Shown piece by piece: positions 8,487 through 17,634 of a stretch of 64,000 nt of DNA. The DNA lies in assembly GCA_039908535.1 (NCBI GenBank), contig JAMOAW010000006.1:1842-65841 (forward strand). Reading direction: 5' to 3'. The notes below the pieces were generated by a model. That model searched no databases. It saw only the letters and a program-made list of their open reading frames with translations, and was not told the origin of the DNA. Position 1 is the stretch's first letter; every line of letters begins with the position of its first letter. Source of the DNA: Magnetococcus sp. DMHC-6. GTDB taxonomy: Bacteria; Pseudomonadota; Magnetococcia; Magnetococcales; JADFZT01. A program made the translations under genes and the position numbers.

Positions 8487-9217
8487 TTCATTCAGGATTA
8501 TTTGATCGAACCCATCTTTTGGTAGGGGATACAGGCATTGAAAAATTACAAGCCGCCCATGTTTTGCTCTGTGGGGTAGGAGGGGTGGGTAGTTTTGCCG
8601 CCGAAGCCCTAGGACGGGCGGGGATCGGTCGTCTGACGCTCATAGACCATGATATCGTTGCCCCCTCAAACCTCAACCGACAACTGCCAGCCACCCTGGA
8701 GACCATAGGAGAAAAAAAGATCGCCGTCCTCGGCCAACGCTTGGCCTCTATAAACCCCTTGTGTCAATTGGAACGAATCGATCAATTTTTAACCTCCGAC
8801 AACATCCCAAAAATTCTCGACCACACCCATCCGCACTGGGTATTGGATGCCATTGACTCTCTCAACAGCAAAGTAAGCCTGATTGTTGAATCCCACACCC
8901 GTGGCATCCCCATTGCTTGCAGCATGGGAGCTGGTGGACGACTGGATCCTACCCGTTTGATGGTAGGTGATTTAATGGACACCACCCTATGCCCTCTGGC
9001 GCGTGCTGTCCGCCACCGAGTTCGCAAACGGGGGCTTGGCCGTGGCATCCAGGCCGTCTGGTCATTAGAACCCCCGCACCCACCCTCCCCCGCTGAACCC
9101 ACCGACCAAGGACGGCCACGGGTCATCAACGGCACCATCAGCTACATGCCCGCGCTCTTTGGATTAACTTTGGCTGGAATCATTGTGCAGGGTATCTTGA
9201 GTTCACCGATCCCATAG
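8483..9217 (+). CDS. tcdA: tRNA threonylcarbamoyladenosine dehydratase (ThiF/E1-like)
   Basis: The sequence FDRTHLLVGDTGIEKLQAAHVLLCGVGGVGSFAAEALGRAGIGRLTLIDHDIVAPSNLNRQ matches TcdA/YgdL. The ATG at 8483 overlaps the tatD stop (ATGA). TTG 8462 is an alternative start. Confidence 0.8.
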   Translation: MIHSGLFDRTHLLVGDTGIEKLQAAHVLLCGVGGVGSFAAEALGRAGIGRLTLIDHDIVAPSNLNRQLPATLETIGEKKIAVLGQRLASINPLCQLERIDQFLTSDNIPKILDHTHPHWVLDAIDSLNSKVSLIVESHTRGIPIACSMGAGGRLDPTRLMVGDLMDTTLCPLARAVRHRVRKRGLGRGIQAVWSLEPPHPPSPAEPTDQGRPRVINGTISYMPALFGLTLAGIIVQGILSSPIP

Positions 9218-9225
9218 CCAATGAA

Positions 9226-9312
9226 GAGCTTGGGGGGCGGAGAACCGCCCCCCAACTCCCCCCACCCTTTTTTTTCGGGAACTCTGGGGGATTCATCCCC
9301 CAGGGTTTGGCC
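9226..9312 (+). repeat. Family-1 palindromic element, internally deleted copy (C)
   Basis: Both hairpins are retained (TTGGGGGGCGGagaaCCGCCCCCCAA; CTGGGGGAttcaTCCCCCAG), and the central A/T tract is replaced by cgggaact. It lies between convergent tcdA and glnS. Confidence 0.85.
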
Positions 9313-9320
9313 TTAATTTT

Positions 9321-11015
9321 TTATGCACGTTGCCGATTTTCAATTTTGGCCCAAGTATCACGCAAAGAGACCGATCGGTTAAAGATGAATCTTTCCCCCG
9401 CACGGGATACAACGGGATCTAAATAGAAATATCCAAGCCGTTCAAATTGATAACGACTGCCAAGCGTGGCCTGAGCCAAGGAGAACTCTACGGGACAATT
9501 GGGCAGAATGGTTAAGGATTGCGGATTGAGATGATCGGTGAACTCCCCGCCAGCGGCTTCTGGGTTGGCTTGGGTAAAAAGGGGCTCATATAGGTGAATA
9601 TCGGCGGTAGCATGCTGGGTGGCACTCACCCAGTGAATGACCCCTTTCACTTTACGTCCCTGGGGATTCATTCCCAGAGTGGACGGATCATGGCTGCAAC
9701 GCAATTCTAAAATGGCCCCACTCTGAGGATCTTTGATCACCTGCTCACAACGAATCACATACCCATGCCGCAAACGGACCTCTTCCCCAGGAACCAAACG
9801 CTTAAACTGTTTGGGAGGATTCTCACAAAAATCCTCTTGTTCAATATAGAGCTCTCTGGTAAAAGGCAACATTCGGCTACCCATTTGTGGATTTTGGGGA
9901 TGCAGTGGGGCGGAAATCTCCTCCAGATACCCTTCAGGAAGGGTATCGATTACCACCCGCAACGGCTGTAAAACCGCCAAGGCCCGGGGCGCGGTGCTCT
10001 CCAAATGGTCACGCAAGGATCCCTCCAACAGGGCCATTTCCACCATACCCAACGATTTGGTAATTCCGATTCGGGCACAAAATTCTCGGATCGATTCTGG
10101 CGTATAACCACGCCGCCGCAATCCAGCGATCGTCGGCATTCTTGGGTCGTCCCACCCGCTCACCACACCAGAGCTTACCAATTGATTGAGCTTGCGTTTG
10201 CTCATCAGGGTATATTCCAGTTCCAAACGAGAAAATTCAATCTGACGCGGTTGCGCAAGGGGAGAGAGGGCATGAATCAACCAATCATACAATGGGCGAT
10301 GATCTTCAAACTCCAAGGTACACAAAGAGTGGGTAATGCCCTCCAGGGCATCGGAGAGGGGATGAGAAAAATCATAGGTGGGATAAATTGGCCATGATCT
10401 CCCCGTTTGGTGATGCGCCACTTGCCGAATGCGATACAAAGTGGGATCGCGCATATTCATATTTGGGGAAGACATGTCAATTTTAGCCCGCAAAACCCGG
10501 CTCCCCTCGGCAAATTCACCCGCCCGCATACGCTGAAAAAGATTCATATTTTCTGCACAGTCACGATACCGAAAGGGGCTGTCTTGGCCAGGTTGGGTCA
10601 ATGTGCCACGATATTGACGCATCTGCTCGGCATTTAAATCGCACACATAGGCCAACCCCTTTTGAATCAACACCAGGGCATATTGATACAACTGCTCAAA
10701 ATAGTCCGATGTATACAACACCCGATCCTGCCATTGAAATCCCAACCAACGCACATCGGTTTGAATGGCATCGATATACACCTGACTCTCTTTTTCCGGG
10801 TTGGTGTCGTCAAACCTCAAGTTACACGTCCCGCCATACTCTTGTGCCACGCCAAAATTGAGACAAATCGATTTTGCGTGTCCAATATGCAAAAACCCAT
10901 TGGGTTCCGGCGGAAAACGGGTTGCCAAACGTCCACCATGTTTACCACTCTTTTGATCGTTGGCAATAATGGTACGAATAAAATCGAGATCATGGGATGC
11001 TAAGTCTTGCGTCAT
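9321..11015 (-). CDS. glnS: Glutamine--tRNA ligase
   Basis: 564 aa. The sequence [22 protein letters not shown] carries the class I HIGH motif. MSKRK carries the KMSKS motif. Overall it shows GlnRS-specific similarity. Confidence 0.95.
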   Translation of the reverse strand: MTQDLASHDLDFIRTIIANDQKSGKHGGRLATRFPPEPNGFLHIGHAKSICLNFGVAQEYGGTCNLRFDDTNPEKESQVYIDAIQTDVRWLGFQWQDRVLYTSDYFEQLYQYALVLIQKGLAYVCDLNAEQMRQYRGTLTQPGQDSPFRYRDCAENMNLFQRMRAGEFAEGSRVLRAKIDMSSPNMNMRDPTLYRIRQVAHHQTGRSWPIYPTYDFSHPLSDALEGITHSLCTLEFEDHRPLYDWLIHALSPLAQPRQIEFSRLELEYTLMSKRKLNQLVSSGVVSGWDDPRMPTIAGLRRRGYTPESIREFCARIGITKSLGMVEMALLEGSLRDHLESTAPRALAVLQPLRVVIDTLPEGYLEEISAPLHPQNPQMGSRMLPFTRELYIEQEDFCENPPKQFKRLVPGEEVRLRHGYVIRCEQVIKDPQSGAILELRCSHDPSTLGMNPQGRKVKGVIHWVSATQHATADIHLYEPLFTQANPEAAGGEFTDHLNPQSLTILPNCPVEFSLAQATLGSRYQFERLGYFYLDPVVSRAGERFIFNRSVSLRDTWAKIENRQRA

Positions 11016-11285
11016 ATTCTAAAGCCTATGATAAATATAAAAATATGGATATATATACCTACTTACCTCTACGAAGAAACAGAAAAAATAAAAATATACC
11101 GATTTCAAACGGGTTGATCCAAGAACAAAATTATGGCAATATAAAAAATATCGTCCAGAGTGTACCCTTCCCTCTCTTTTGAAACAATATTTTTTTAAAA
11201 ATGCAATAATTTTTTTCACGTTTCTTGCATTAAATTTTCTCAATTTCTTCAATCGTCAAACAGTTAAATTAAAAAAACAGACCCT

Positions 11286-12197
11286 ATGAAACATATCTCG
11301 ACCAATATTCAAGCCCAAGACCTCCTCGATCAACTAGAATTGGCCGTCATAACGCATGAAGATTGGCTTGGAACACTCAATCGGGCGTTAATCTGTCAAA
11401 AGCCCGATTTAGTTCAACAATTTTGTTCGATAAACTCTCATAAAACGTGCCAGTTTGGGATATGGTTCGAGTCTATATTTTTTAAAAATAAACACGACAA
11501 CCAGATTATTTACGATATTGATTTAATTCATCAACGAATGCATGCCACGGCTCAATGGCTCATGGAGAAACTACAGCGCAAAGAGTCCATCTCTCCAGAA
11601 GCGTATGACGAATTGTTATTCAAAAGACTCGCTTTTCGGGGTCATGTTTCTATTTTAATCAATCAAATTTACGATATGCTTTTACAAACCGACCCCCTAA
11701 CCCGCGTTCTCAACCGTCAAAAAATGGTTCAAACCCTGGAAAGGGAGAAAGATTCCGCGCAAACCAAACCCATCATCCCGGCCATTACCCTGGCAGACAT
11801 AGATTTTTTTAAACACGTAAACGACACCTATGGCCATGCTGTCGGCGATCGAGTGTTAAAAATGGTGGCGCAAATTTTTATGTCGCATATGCGCCCTATG
11901 GATTTAATCTTTCGCTATGGCGGAGAAGAATTTCTTCTTTATATGCAAAGCATGGATATTCACACTGCTGCCAAAACCATTGATCGTCTGCGTCAAAAAC
12001 TCCTACAACACCCCTTTCAATTGGATAATGGAGAACAGCTCACCATTACGGCCTCTTTTGGTCTCTCTGTCCTGGACAGCGACCGCTCCATCCAAGAATC
12101 TATTGAAGAAGCCGACAAGGCCCTCTATCTTGCGAAAGAGCGCGGACGCAACCGAGTAGAAGGATTATATCACGAACAACAAATTTCTCCCTGCTGA
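11286..12197 (+). CDS. Diguanylate cyclase with N-terminal CZB-like (zinc-binding) sensor domain
   Basis: The GGDEF domain is present (RYGGEEFLL, DIDFFKHVNDTYGH). The N-terminus has CZB-type ligand spacing (HEDW, CQFGIW, HQRMH), as in DgcZ-like proteins. Confidence 0.8.
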   Translation: MKHISTNIQAQDLLDQLELAVITHEDWLGTLNRALICQKPDLVQQFCSINSHKTCQFGIWFESIFFKNKHDNQIIYDIDLIHQRMHATAQWLMEKLQRKESISPEAYDELLFKRLAFRGHVSILINQIYDMLLQTDPLTRVLNRQKMVQTLEREKDSAQTKPIIPAITLADIDFFKHVNDTYGHAVGDRVLKMVAQIFMSHMRPMDLIFRYGGEEFLLYMQSMDIHTAAKTIDRLRQKLLQHPFQLDNGEQLTITASFGLSVLDSDRSIQESIEEADKALYLAKERGRNRVEGLYHEQQISPC

Positions 12198-12220
12198 TTT
12201 CTTTTTTGCAACGCCATTCC

Positions 12221-12236
12221 TGGCACATCTTCTGCT
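12221..12236 (+). promoter_or_regulatory. Candidate sigma-54 promoter (TGGCAC-N5-CTGCT)
   Basis: TGGCAC at 12221-12226 and GC at 12234-12235 have canonical GG/GC spacing. It lies 60 nt upstream of ATG 12296. Confidence 0.35.
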
Positions 12237-12295
12237 AATTTTCTCCCATATCGCTGTGCTACTCTACGCTTTTTTGGCACTATTTGGGAGAAAAA

Positions 12296-12577
12296 ATGAA
12301 AATTCAAGAACTAAAAAAACGGCTTGACTCCGCCAACCCTGTCCCCGCCCCCGCCCAGGTTTGGCGACAAATGCTGCAATCCACCCTAAAAGCCGCCACC
12401 TCCCCGGAGATCAATGAGACCTCCCGTTTGGCTCAAGATTGGTTTACCAAAGAGGGGGATGCCTTTCGCTTGGTCTGTGCTTTGGCTGGGTTATATCCAG
12501 AAGATAATCAACAACAAGATCGCTTTGAAACCCTTTTTAATCAAGCCAATTCTCATATTTGGCAACCCGGACAATAG
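12296..12577 (+). CDS. Hypothetical protein (93 aa)
   Basis: GGGAG precedes ATG 12296. No recognisable domain. Its 3' end overlaps the mutM 3' end (convergent) by 25 nt. Confidence 0.4.
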   Translation: MKIQELKKRLDSANPVPAPAQVWRQMLQSTLKAATSPEINETSRLAQDWFTKEGDAFRLVCALAGLYPEDNQQQDRFETLFNQANSHIWQPGQ

Positions 12578-13365
12578 CAAGAGCTGCGTCCTCCCAGCCG
12601 TATTTGTTGAATCAATTCAGGACAGTGTCGACAAGTTTGCCCTTCGCGACCATAGACAAGCAACTTTTGCTGGAAATATCCCGGTGCGCCATCCCCATTG
12701 CGAAAATCGCGTAAGGTTGTCCCTCCTTGTTGAATGGCCTCTACCAACGTCGCCTGGGTGGCGGAAACCAAAGAATCACACTCCATTTGAGTAAGCGTTC
12801 CAGCAGGGCGGATAGGCAGAATTCCGGCTTTAAAAAGGGCTTCCGTGGCATAAATATTGCCGACCCCCGCCACCACATGGCTGTCCATTAATAAATTTTT
12901 AACCGGGACACGCCGTCCACGGCACCGCTGGAAAAAAAATCCGCCATCAAATTGAGGCGTTAAGGGTTCAGGACCAAGGGAAACCAACAGCGGATGCTCC
13001 AAAGGGGTGCATGACCAAAGCACCGCCCCAAAACGACGCGGATCGGTCAGGCGCAGACATAACCCGTTGGCAAACAAAAAATCCAGATGATCATGTTTTT
13101 GAGCAGGTGTGGTCTGTGAACGCAGAGTCAAGCGACCAGACATCCCTAAATGAAAAATAATCCATCCCATTTCCGACTGCAGCAAAAGATATTTACCGCG
13201 TCGCATCAAAGCACAAACAGATCTCCCCTCCAGCTGACGCAACGCCTCTACTGGTAACGGCCAACGCAAATTCAGACGCCGAATCACCACCGAAATAATT
13301 TTGACACCAACCAACTGCGGTCGCAATCCCTGAAGAATGGTTTCCACTTCGGGCAGTTCTGGCAT
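12553..13365 (-). CDS. mutM: Formamidopyrimidine-DNA glycosylase
   Basis: The N-terminus MPELPEVET is diagnostic. The C-terminal zinc finger is CRHC...CYCPGCQ. 270 aa. Confidence 0.95.
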   Translation of the reverse strand: MPELPEVETILQGLRPQLVGVKIISVVIRRLNLRWPLPVEALRQLEGRSVCALMRRGKYLLLQSEMGWIIFHLGMSGRLTLRSQTTPAQKHDHLDFLFANGLCLRLTDPRRFGAVLWSCTPLEHPLLVSLGPEPLTPQFDGGFFFQRCRGRRVPVKNLLMDSHVVAGVGNIYATEALFKAGILPIRPAGTLTQMECDSLVSATQATLVEAIQQGGTTLRDFRNGDGAPGYFQQKLLVYGREGQTCRHCPELIQQIRLGGRSSCYCPGCQI

Positions 13366-13468
13366 AAAACATCCTCAATATATGTGAATAGATCCTCTTT
13401 TTTTCTGTTCATTTAGAAGCAAACACATTACAGTAATAGTAATCAACAACAATCTTTGGAAGAGATAC

Positions 13469-13972
13469 GTGAATATTCGTGTTTTAATTGATAACGTCCC
13501 AATTTTTCAATCCTTTTCCGAAATTCAAAAAAAACGGATTGCCAATCTCACCTATCTTTTTATTCGTTATGAAAAGGATGAAGTGATTCTCAAACAGTTC
13601 GAGTTGGACTCCTCGTTTTATATCCTCGTGCAGGGATCTGTTCGGGTTACCCGTGACGATCTTCCCGACAAAATAATTGCCAAACTCAAACCCGGCTCCA
13701 TTTTTGGTGAAATGGCCTACCTAACAGGAAAACCGCGTTCTACCCATGTCATCGCCCACGAACCCGAGACGATCGCCATGAAATTGGACCACAACAATAT
13801 GTTTCTTCTGCCTGCCAATGTACGCGACCGGATCAAGGATAGCCTCATTCATTTATTAGTTAACCGCATAAACCAAATGAACGACGCCTTGATCAGACGA
13901 ACAAAAAAAGATAGGATAGAAAAAAATGCACTTTCAGATGAACATATAGATCAACTTTTAATGGATTATTAA
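13469..13972 (+). CDS. Stand-alone cyclic-nucleotide-binding (CAP effector domain) protein
   Basis: GTG start. The cNMP phosphate-binding cassette FGEMAYLTGKPRSTHVIA is present. No output domain. Confidence 0.75.
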   Translation: MNIRVLIDNVPIFQSFSEIQKKRIANLTYLFIRYEKDEVILKQFELDSSFYILVQGSVRVTRDDLPDKIIAKLKPGSIFGEMAYLTGKPRSTHVIAHEPETIAMKLDHNNMFLLPANVRDRIKDSLIHLLVNRINQMNDALIRRTKKDRIEKNALSDEHIDQLLMDY

Positions 13973-14026
13973 AATTTTAAAATAATCCGCCTTTAAAAAT
14001 TTTCTAATCACTATAACTATAAAACC

Positions 14027-16612
14027 ATGCAAACTAAACGCTCTTCCAAAAAAAATGCACCTCCTCCTATATTAAATCTGACCCTCCATGGACAGACACT
14101 TCTGGATAAAAACCAGTTTAAAGAGGCCATTGAAGTTTTTAAAAAATTGGCCAAGGAACAGCCAAACGCCTCCTGGCGGGAGCCGCTCATCAAGGCTTAT
14201 CGGGGACGAGCTTTGGAATTGGCGGAAAAATCCATGTTTAAAGAGGCTCTGGTCACCTTGGAAAACGAATCCCGAATCAGCGGTCTACCAATTCCCCTGG
14301 ATCTCATCCTCCCACTGGCGGTCAACACTGGAAGTATTGATAAACTTGCGCCATTTTTCAACTATCAGAAAGAGGCTTCTTCTCTCCCTCCTGCTCATTT
14401 GCTGGAGCCAATTCAATCCTTAATGGCCATCCTTGCCTTGGTGGGTGATTCAAAAATTGACAAAATTTTTCCCAAAAAGGATCTCCCTTTTTGGGACCAT
14501 TTAGCCCGCGCCCGTGAGGCATTAACCCTCTATGGAACGAATCAAGAGACATTATTGGATGGAGCCTTGGCCAAAATTCCAGCCCAATCCCCCTTTAAAC
14601 ATTTTCGTCTCTTTTTAAAGTCGCTCTCCCTGATAAACTCCCAACCGGAGAAGGCCACGGCCTTATTGGAGCGTATTCCACCCCACACCCCTTTTGCCGG
14701 TCCAGCTTCGGTTGTGCAGGTCTGTTCCTTTTCGGAACAACATCTCCCTATGGCCTTGGTCAACCTTGATACGGCGGCCCAATCTTGTGTTGCGACGCTG
14801 GTGGGAATAGACCCCAACAGCATATCGTTACTTAATAAACTTAACATCGCCTCTCGTTCCATTCCAAAATTATTTAGTTTTTTAATAGCCCATACCGAAC
14901 AACTGAACCTGGATTGGGTGCGAACCACTTGTTTAGAATTATTATCCATTTATCCCGAAGGCGTCCCTGCATTTGAAAAAAAATTTGGACCACTGGACCC
15001 TTTTCAAAAAAATAGATTTCTCGCCCTGAAGGCAGAGAAAAATCAAGATATTACGCAAGCCGAAAAATACTGGCTACAATGTATTTCTATTCTAAAGGCC
15101 AAGCCGAATATCACAGAGGATATTCCTCTCAAAATCGCTTTAATTTTACGTCATATTCATCCTTGGCAGGAGAATACACGTCGTCGGAGACGCTCCTTTT
15201 ATTTTAATTCCGATGAAGATCAACATGAACCTTTCTATTTTCTAGAACAAAGTCTTACCTACGACCCTGATGATCCAGAGGTTTGGATTGAGTTAATTCG
15301 CGGCGTTTTAGAAATTAAAGAAGAAAAAAGGGGCAATACCCTGCTCGAAAAGGCTCTCAAAATATTTCCAGACAACCCAGCCCTGCTGACCATAGCGGTG
15401 GAATTGGCACTCAAACGCCATACCTTTGTCAAGGCCGTGCGCCTAGCTGAAAAGCTGCTCCAAATAAATCCCATCAATCCGCACATTCGCCAACAAATTT
15501 TGAGGGCACAACTCTCTCAAGCCGAAAAACAGATCCATGTCAACCGCCTGGATCTGGCCAAAAAGGAGATTCAAAAGGCCGAAGCCATGGCGCGCAATGA
15601 GATCGACCGTGGCAATGTGCGTTTTTATCAAGGGGTGTTGGCCTTGAAACATGAGGAGATAAATTTGGGACTGGCTCTCATCCAGGAAGCCCGCAGTTTG
15701 GAGGGGGAGACCCCTTTTGCCTTTTACCGAATGTTTACCGATGCCAAAAGATTAGGTCTTCAAACGAAAATTATTCAACAATTACAGCAAGATCTCAGGA
15801 AAAAACTGCTAGATCCTCCACAAAAGCAGTTTATTTTAGACCTTATAAGCCAAATAGATATCCAGCTTCCAACCTCCCAAAAGAGAGGAGCGGACAATTT
15901 TATCCTGCTGGAAGATTATCTGACCAAAGGGGTTCCCTTAAATTTTACAATTCAAGAGAGACAATGGATCTGTCAACGCTTTTTCGAAGCCGATAGAGAT
16001 GTACTTCTTAAAAAATTTGCTTCAGAAGGGGAAAAGCAATGGCCGGAAATAGATTGTTTCTTTGTTTATCGACTCTATGTGCAATATCATGGACAATATG
16101 GTCGACACGCCATCCCTGCAGACCATATTCAAAGACTCGTACAGATCTACCATAAAGCAGAAGAAAAAATGGATCCAGATCACCTTTTGGATCCAATTGA
16201 AGAGATTCTTCCACCTAACTATCTTTATGAAGATGAGGATAAAGATGAGGATGAGGATGAAGATGATTCTCCATTTTTACCAAACGACATGCCTTTGCCC
16301 TGCGCTCCTGAAGAACTGGTACAAATGGTTTGTAATTTTATTCTTGAGAATGATTCCCCACCCAAAGATATAAATGATATGGAGAGATGGATCATAAATT
16401 TAATGATAAAAGTAGATCAATTACCCATATTTAAAAATATTCCCCCCCCCTTGAAAAGTATCATTCTCTTACAGGCTGTGGAGAAAATTCTCACATCGCA
16501 AGAGGCAACGAAACCACCCCCTTCGCGGCCAAAATCTCGCATGAAACCCAAGGAAATCCCCCAAAAATCAAATTCCGATCCCGACCAATTAAAACTGGAT
16601 TTCACTTCATGA
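14027..16612 (+). CDS. Large TPR-repeat protein with internal acidic tract (first gene of the Hsp70-like operon)
   Basis: 861 aa with repeated TPR-like helical hairpins (e.g. EAIEVFKKLAKEQPN, EKALKIFPDNPALL, AEKLLQINPINPH). An acidic run YEDEDKDEDEDEDD is present. The stop overlaps the next start (ATGA at 16609-16612). Confidence 0.7.
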   Translation: MQTKRSSKKNAPPPILNLTLHGQTLLDKNQFKEAIEVFKKLAKEQPNASWREPLIKAYRGRALELAEKSMFKEALVTLENESRISGLPIPLDLILPLAVNTGSIDKLAPFFNYQKEASSLPPAHLLEPIQSLMAILALVGDSKIDKIFPKKDLPFWDHLARAREALTLYGTNQETLLDGALAKIPAQSPFKHFRLFLKSLSLINSQPEKATALLERIPPHTPFAGPASVVQVCSFSEQHLPMALVNLDTAAQSCVATLVGIDPNSISLLNKLNIASRSIPKLFSFLIAHTEQLNLDWVRTTCLELLSIYPEGVPAFEKKFGPLDPFQKNRFLALKAEKNQDITQAEKYWLQCISILKAKPNITEDIPLKIALILRHIHPWQENTRRRRRSFYFNSDEDQHEPFYFLEQSLTYDPDDPEVWIELIRGVLEIKEEKRGNTLLEKALKIFPDNPALLTIAVELALKRHTFVKAVRLAEKLLQINPINPHIRQQILRAQLSQAEKQIHVNRLDLAKKEIQKAEAMARNEIDRGNVRFYQGVLALKHEEINLGLALIQEARSLEGETPFAFYRMFTDAKRLGLQTKIIQQLQQDLRKKLLDPPQKQFILDLISQIDIQLPTSQKRGADNFILLEDYLTKGVPLNFTIQERQWICQRFFEADRDVLLKKFASEGEKQWPEIDCFFVYRLYVQYHGQYGRHAIPADHIQRLVQIYHKAEEKMDPDHLLDPIEEILPPNYLYEDEDKDEDEDEDDSPFLPNDMPLPCAPEELVQMVCNFILENDSPPKDINDMERWIINLMIKVDQLPIFKNIPPPLKSIILLQAVEKILTSQEATKPPPSRPKSRMKPKEIPQKSNSDPDQLKLDFTS

Positions 16613-16950
16613 AAAACCCTTTTCAAATTTTAGATGTTCCAGTTCAAACCGATGATGAAACGGTTCGCAAAGCGTGGTTGAATCTGGTTCGTATCTATCC
16701 ACCGGAACGCGATCCAACTCGATTTCAGGAAATACGCACCGCCTATGAAGCGATAAAAACCTACCGGGATCGTTCGCGTTTTCATTTGTTTGAACCTTGC
16801 GAACCCGTACTGGAAAGCCTCATGAGACACGGTTTGAAACGTGCTCCTGTGAGGCCCCTTTCAGAAAAAATGATTTTGGATCTTCTTGGGGAATCCAGCC
16901 GCAACTGGCGGATGAGATGGTCACACAAAGGGAAGGATGAATCCTCATGA
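16609..16950 (+). CDS. J-domain-like protein with degenerate HPD (PPE)
   Basis: The sequence NPFQILDVPVQTDDETVRKAWLNLVRIYPPERDPTRFQEIRTAYEAI aligns to the J-domain helix II-loop-helix III. YHPDKNP corresponds to YPPERDP (codons at 16696-16713). ATGA overlaps at both ends. Confidence 0.65.
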   Translation: MKNPFQILDVPVQTDDETVRKAWLNLVRIYPPERDPTRFQEIRTAYEAIKTYRDRSRFHLFEPCEPVLESLMRHGLKRAPVRPLSEKMILDLLGESSRNWRMRWSHKGKDESS

Positions 16951-17609
16951 ATCGGGCGGATAAAGAGGTGTTAATCGACCAATTTCGTACCTATCTGGAG
17001 CAATGGGAATCTCCTGATCCTGCCGGTGAGTTACCTCCTGGGGATGAACGAACCGATCTTTATACCTTTTACATTGAACTGGCCGCCCTAAAAAACGAAG
17101 TTCGCATCGAATCCCGACAATTAAAAACGGCTTTGGACCAGTTTCGTGAGGTGTTTGAAACTTTAAATGCAAGCCATGACCAACTCCAAGAGTCTCTCAC
17201 CAGAGAGAAGACCGCCCGCATGGAGGCAGGTCGTCAAGCCATTCGTCCGCTTCTCCTAGAATTATTAGAACTGCGTGACCGGATGGAGGCGGCTTTGACG
17301 CCTCCTCCTGTGGTGATCAAGACCAATTTTTTTAATTTTAACTGGTTATGCCCCCCCCACCCCGATTCTGGGCAAGCCATTCGAGAAGGGATTCGTATGA
17401 ACCTGAGGCGTTTAGATCAGATATTGTCAGGCCAAGGAGTACAACCGATTGTCACTGTTGGTCAACCACTGGACCCTCACCATATGCGGGCGACAAACGT
17501 TGTCAACCGTTCCGATGTGGCCTCTGGAATTGTTGTTGAAGAGATTCGTAAAGGGTTTACCTGGGATGGTATCTTGGTACGTCCAGCTGAAGTCATTGTT
17601 AATCAATAA
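16947..17609 (+). CDS. GrpE-like nucleotide exchange factor
   Basis: A coiled-coil N-terminus is followed by the GrpE C-terminal signature (GQPLDPHHMRATNVV...GIVVEEIRKGFTWDGILVRPAEVIV). Confidence 0.75.
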   Translation: MNRADKEVLIDQFRTYLEQWESPDPAGELPPGDERTDLYTFYIELAALKNEVRIESRQLKTALDQFREVFETLNASHDQLQESLTREKTARMEAGRQAIRPLLLELLELRDRMEAALTPPPVVIKTNFFNFNWLCPPHPDSGQAIREGIRMNLRRLDQILSGQGVQPIVTVGQPLDPHHMRATNVVNRSDVASGIVVEEIRKGFTWDGILVRPAEVIVNQ

Positions 17610-17634
17610 TTTTATTTAATGGAGTCCATATAAA

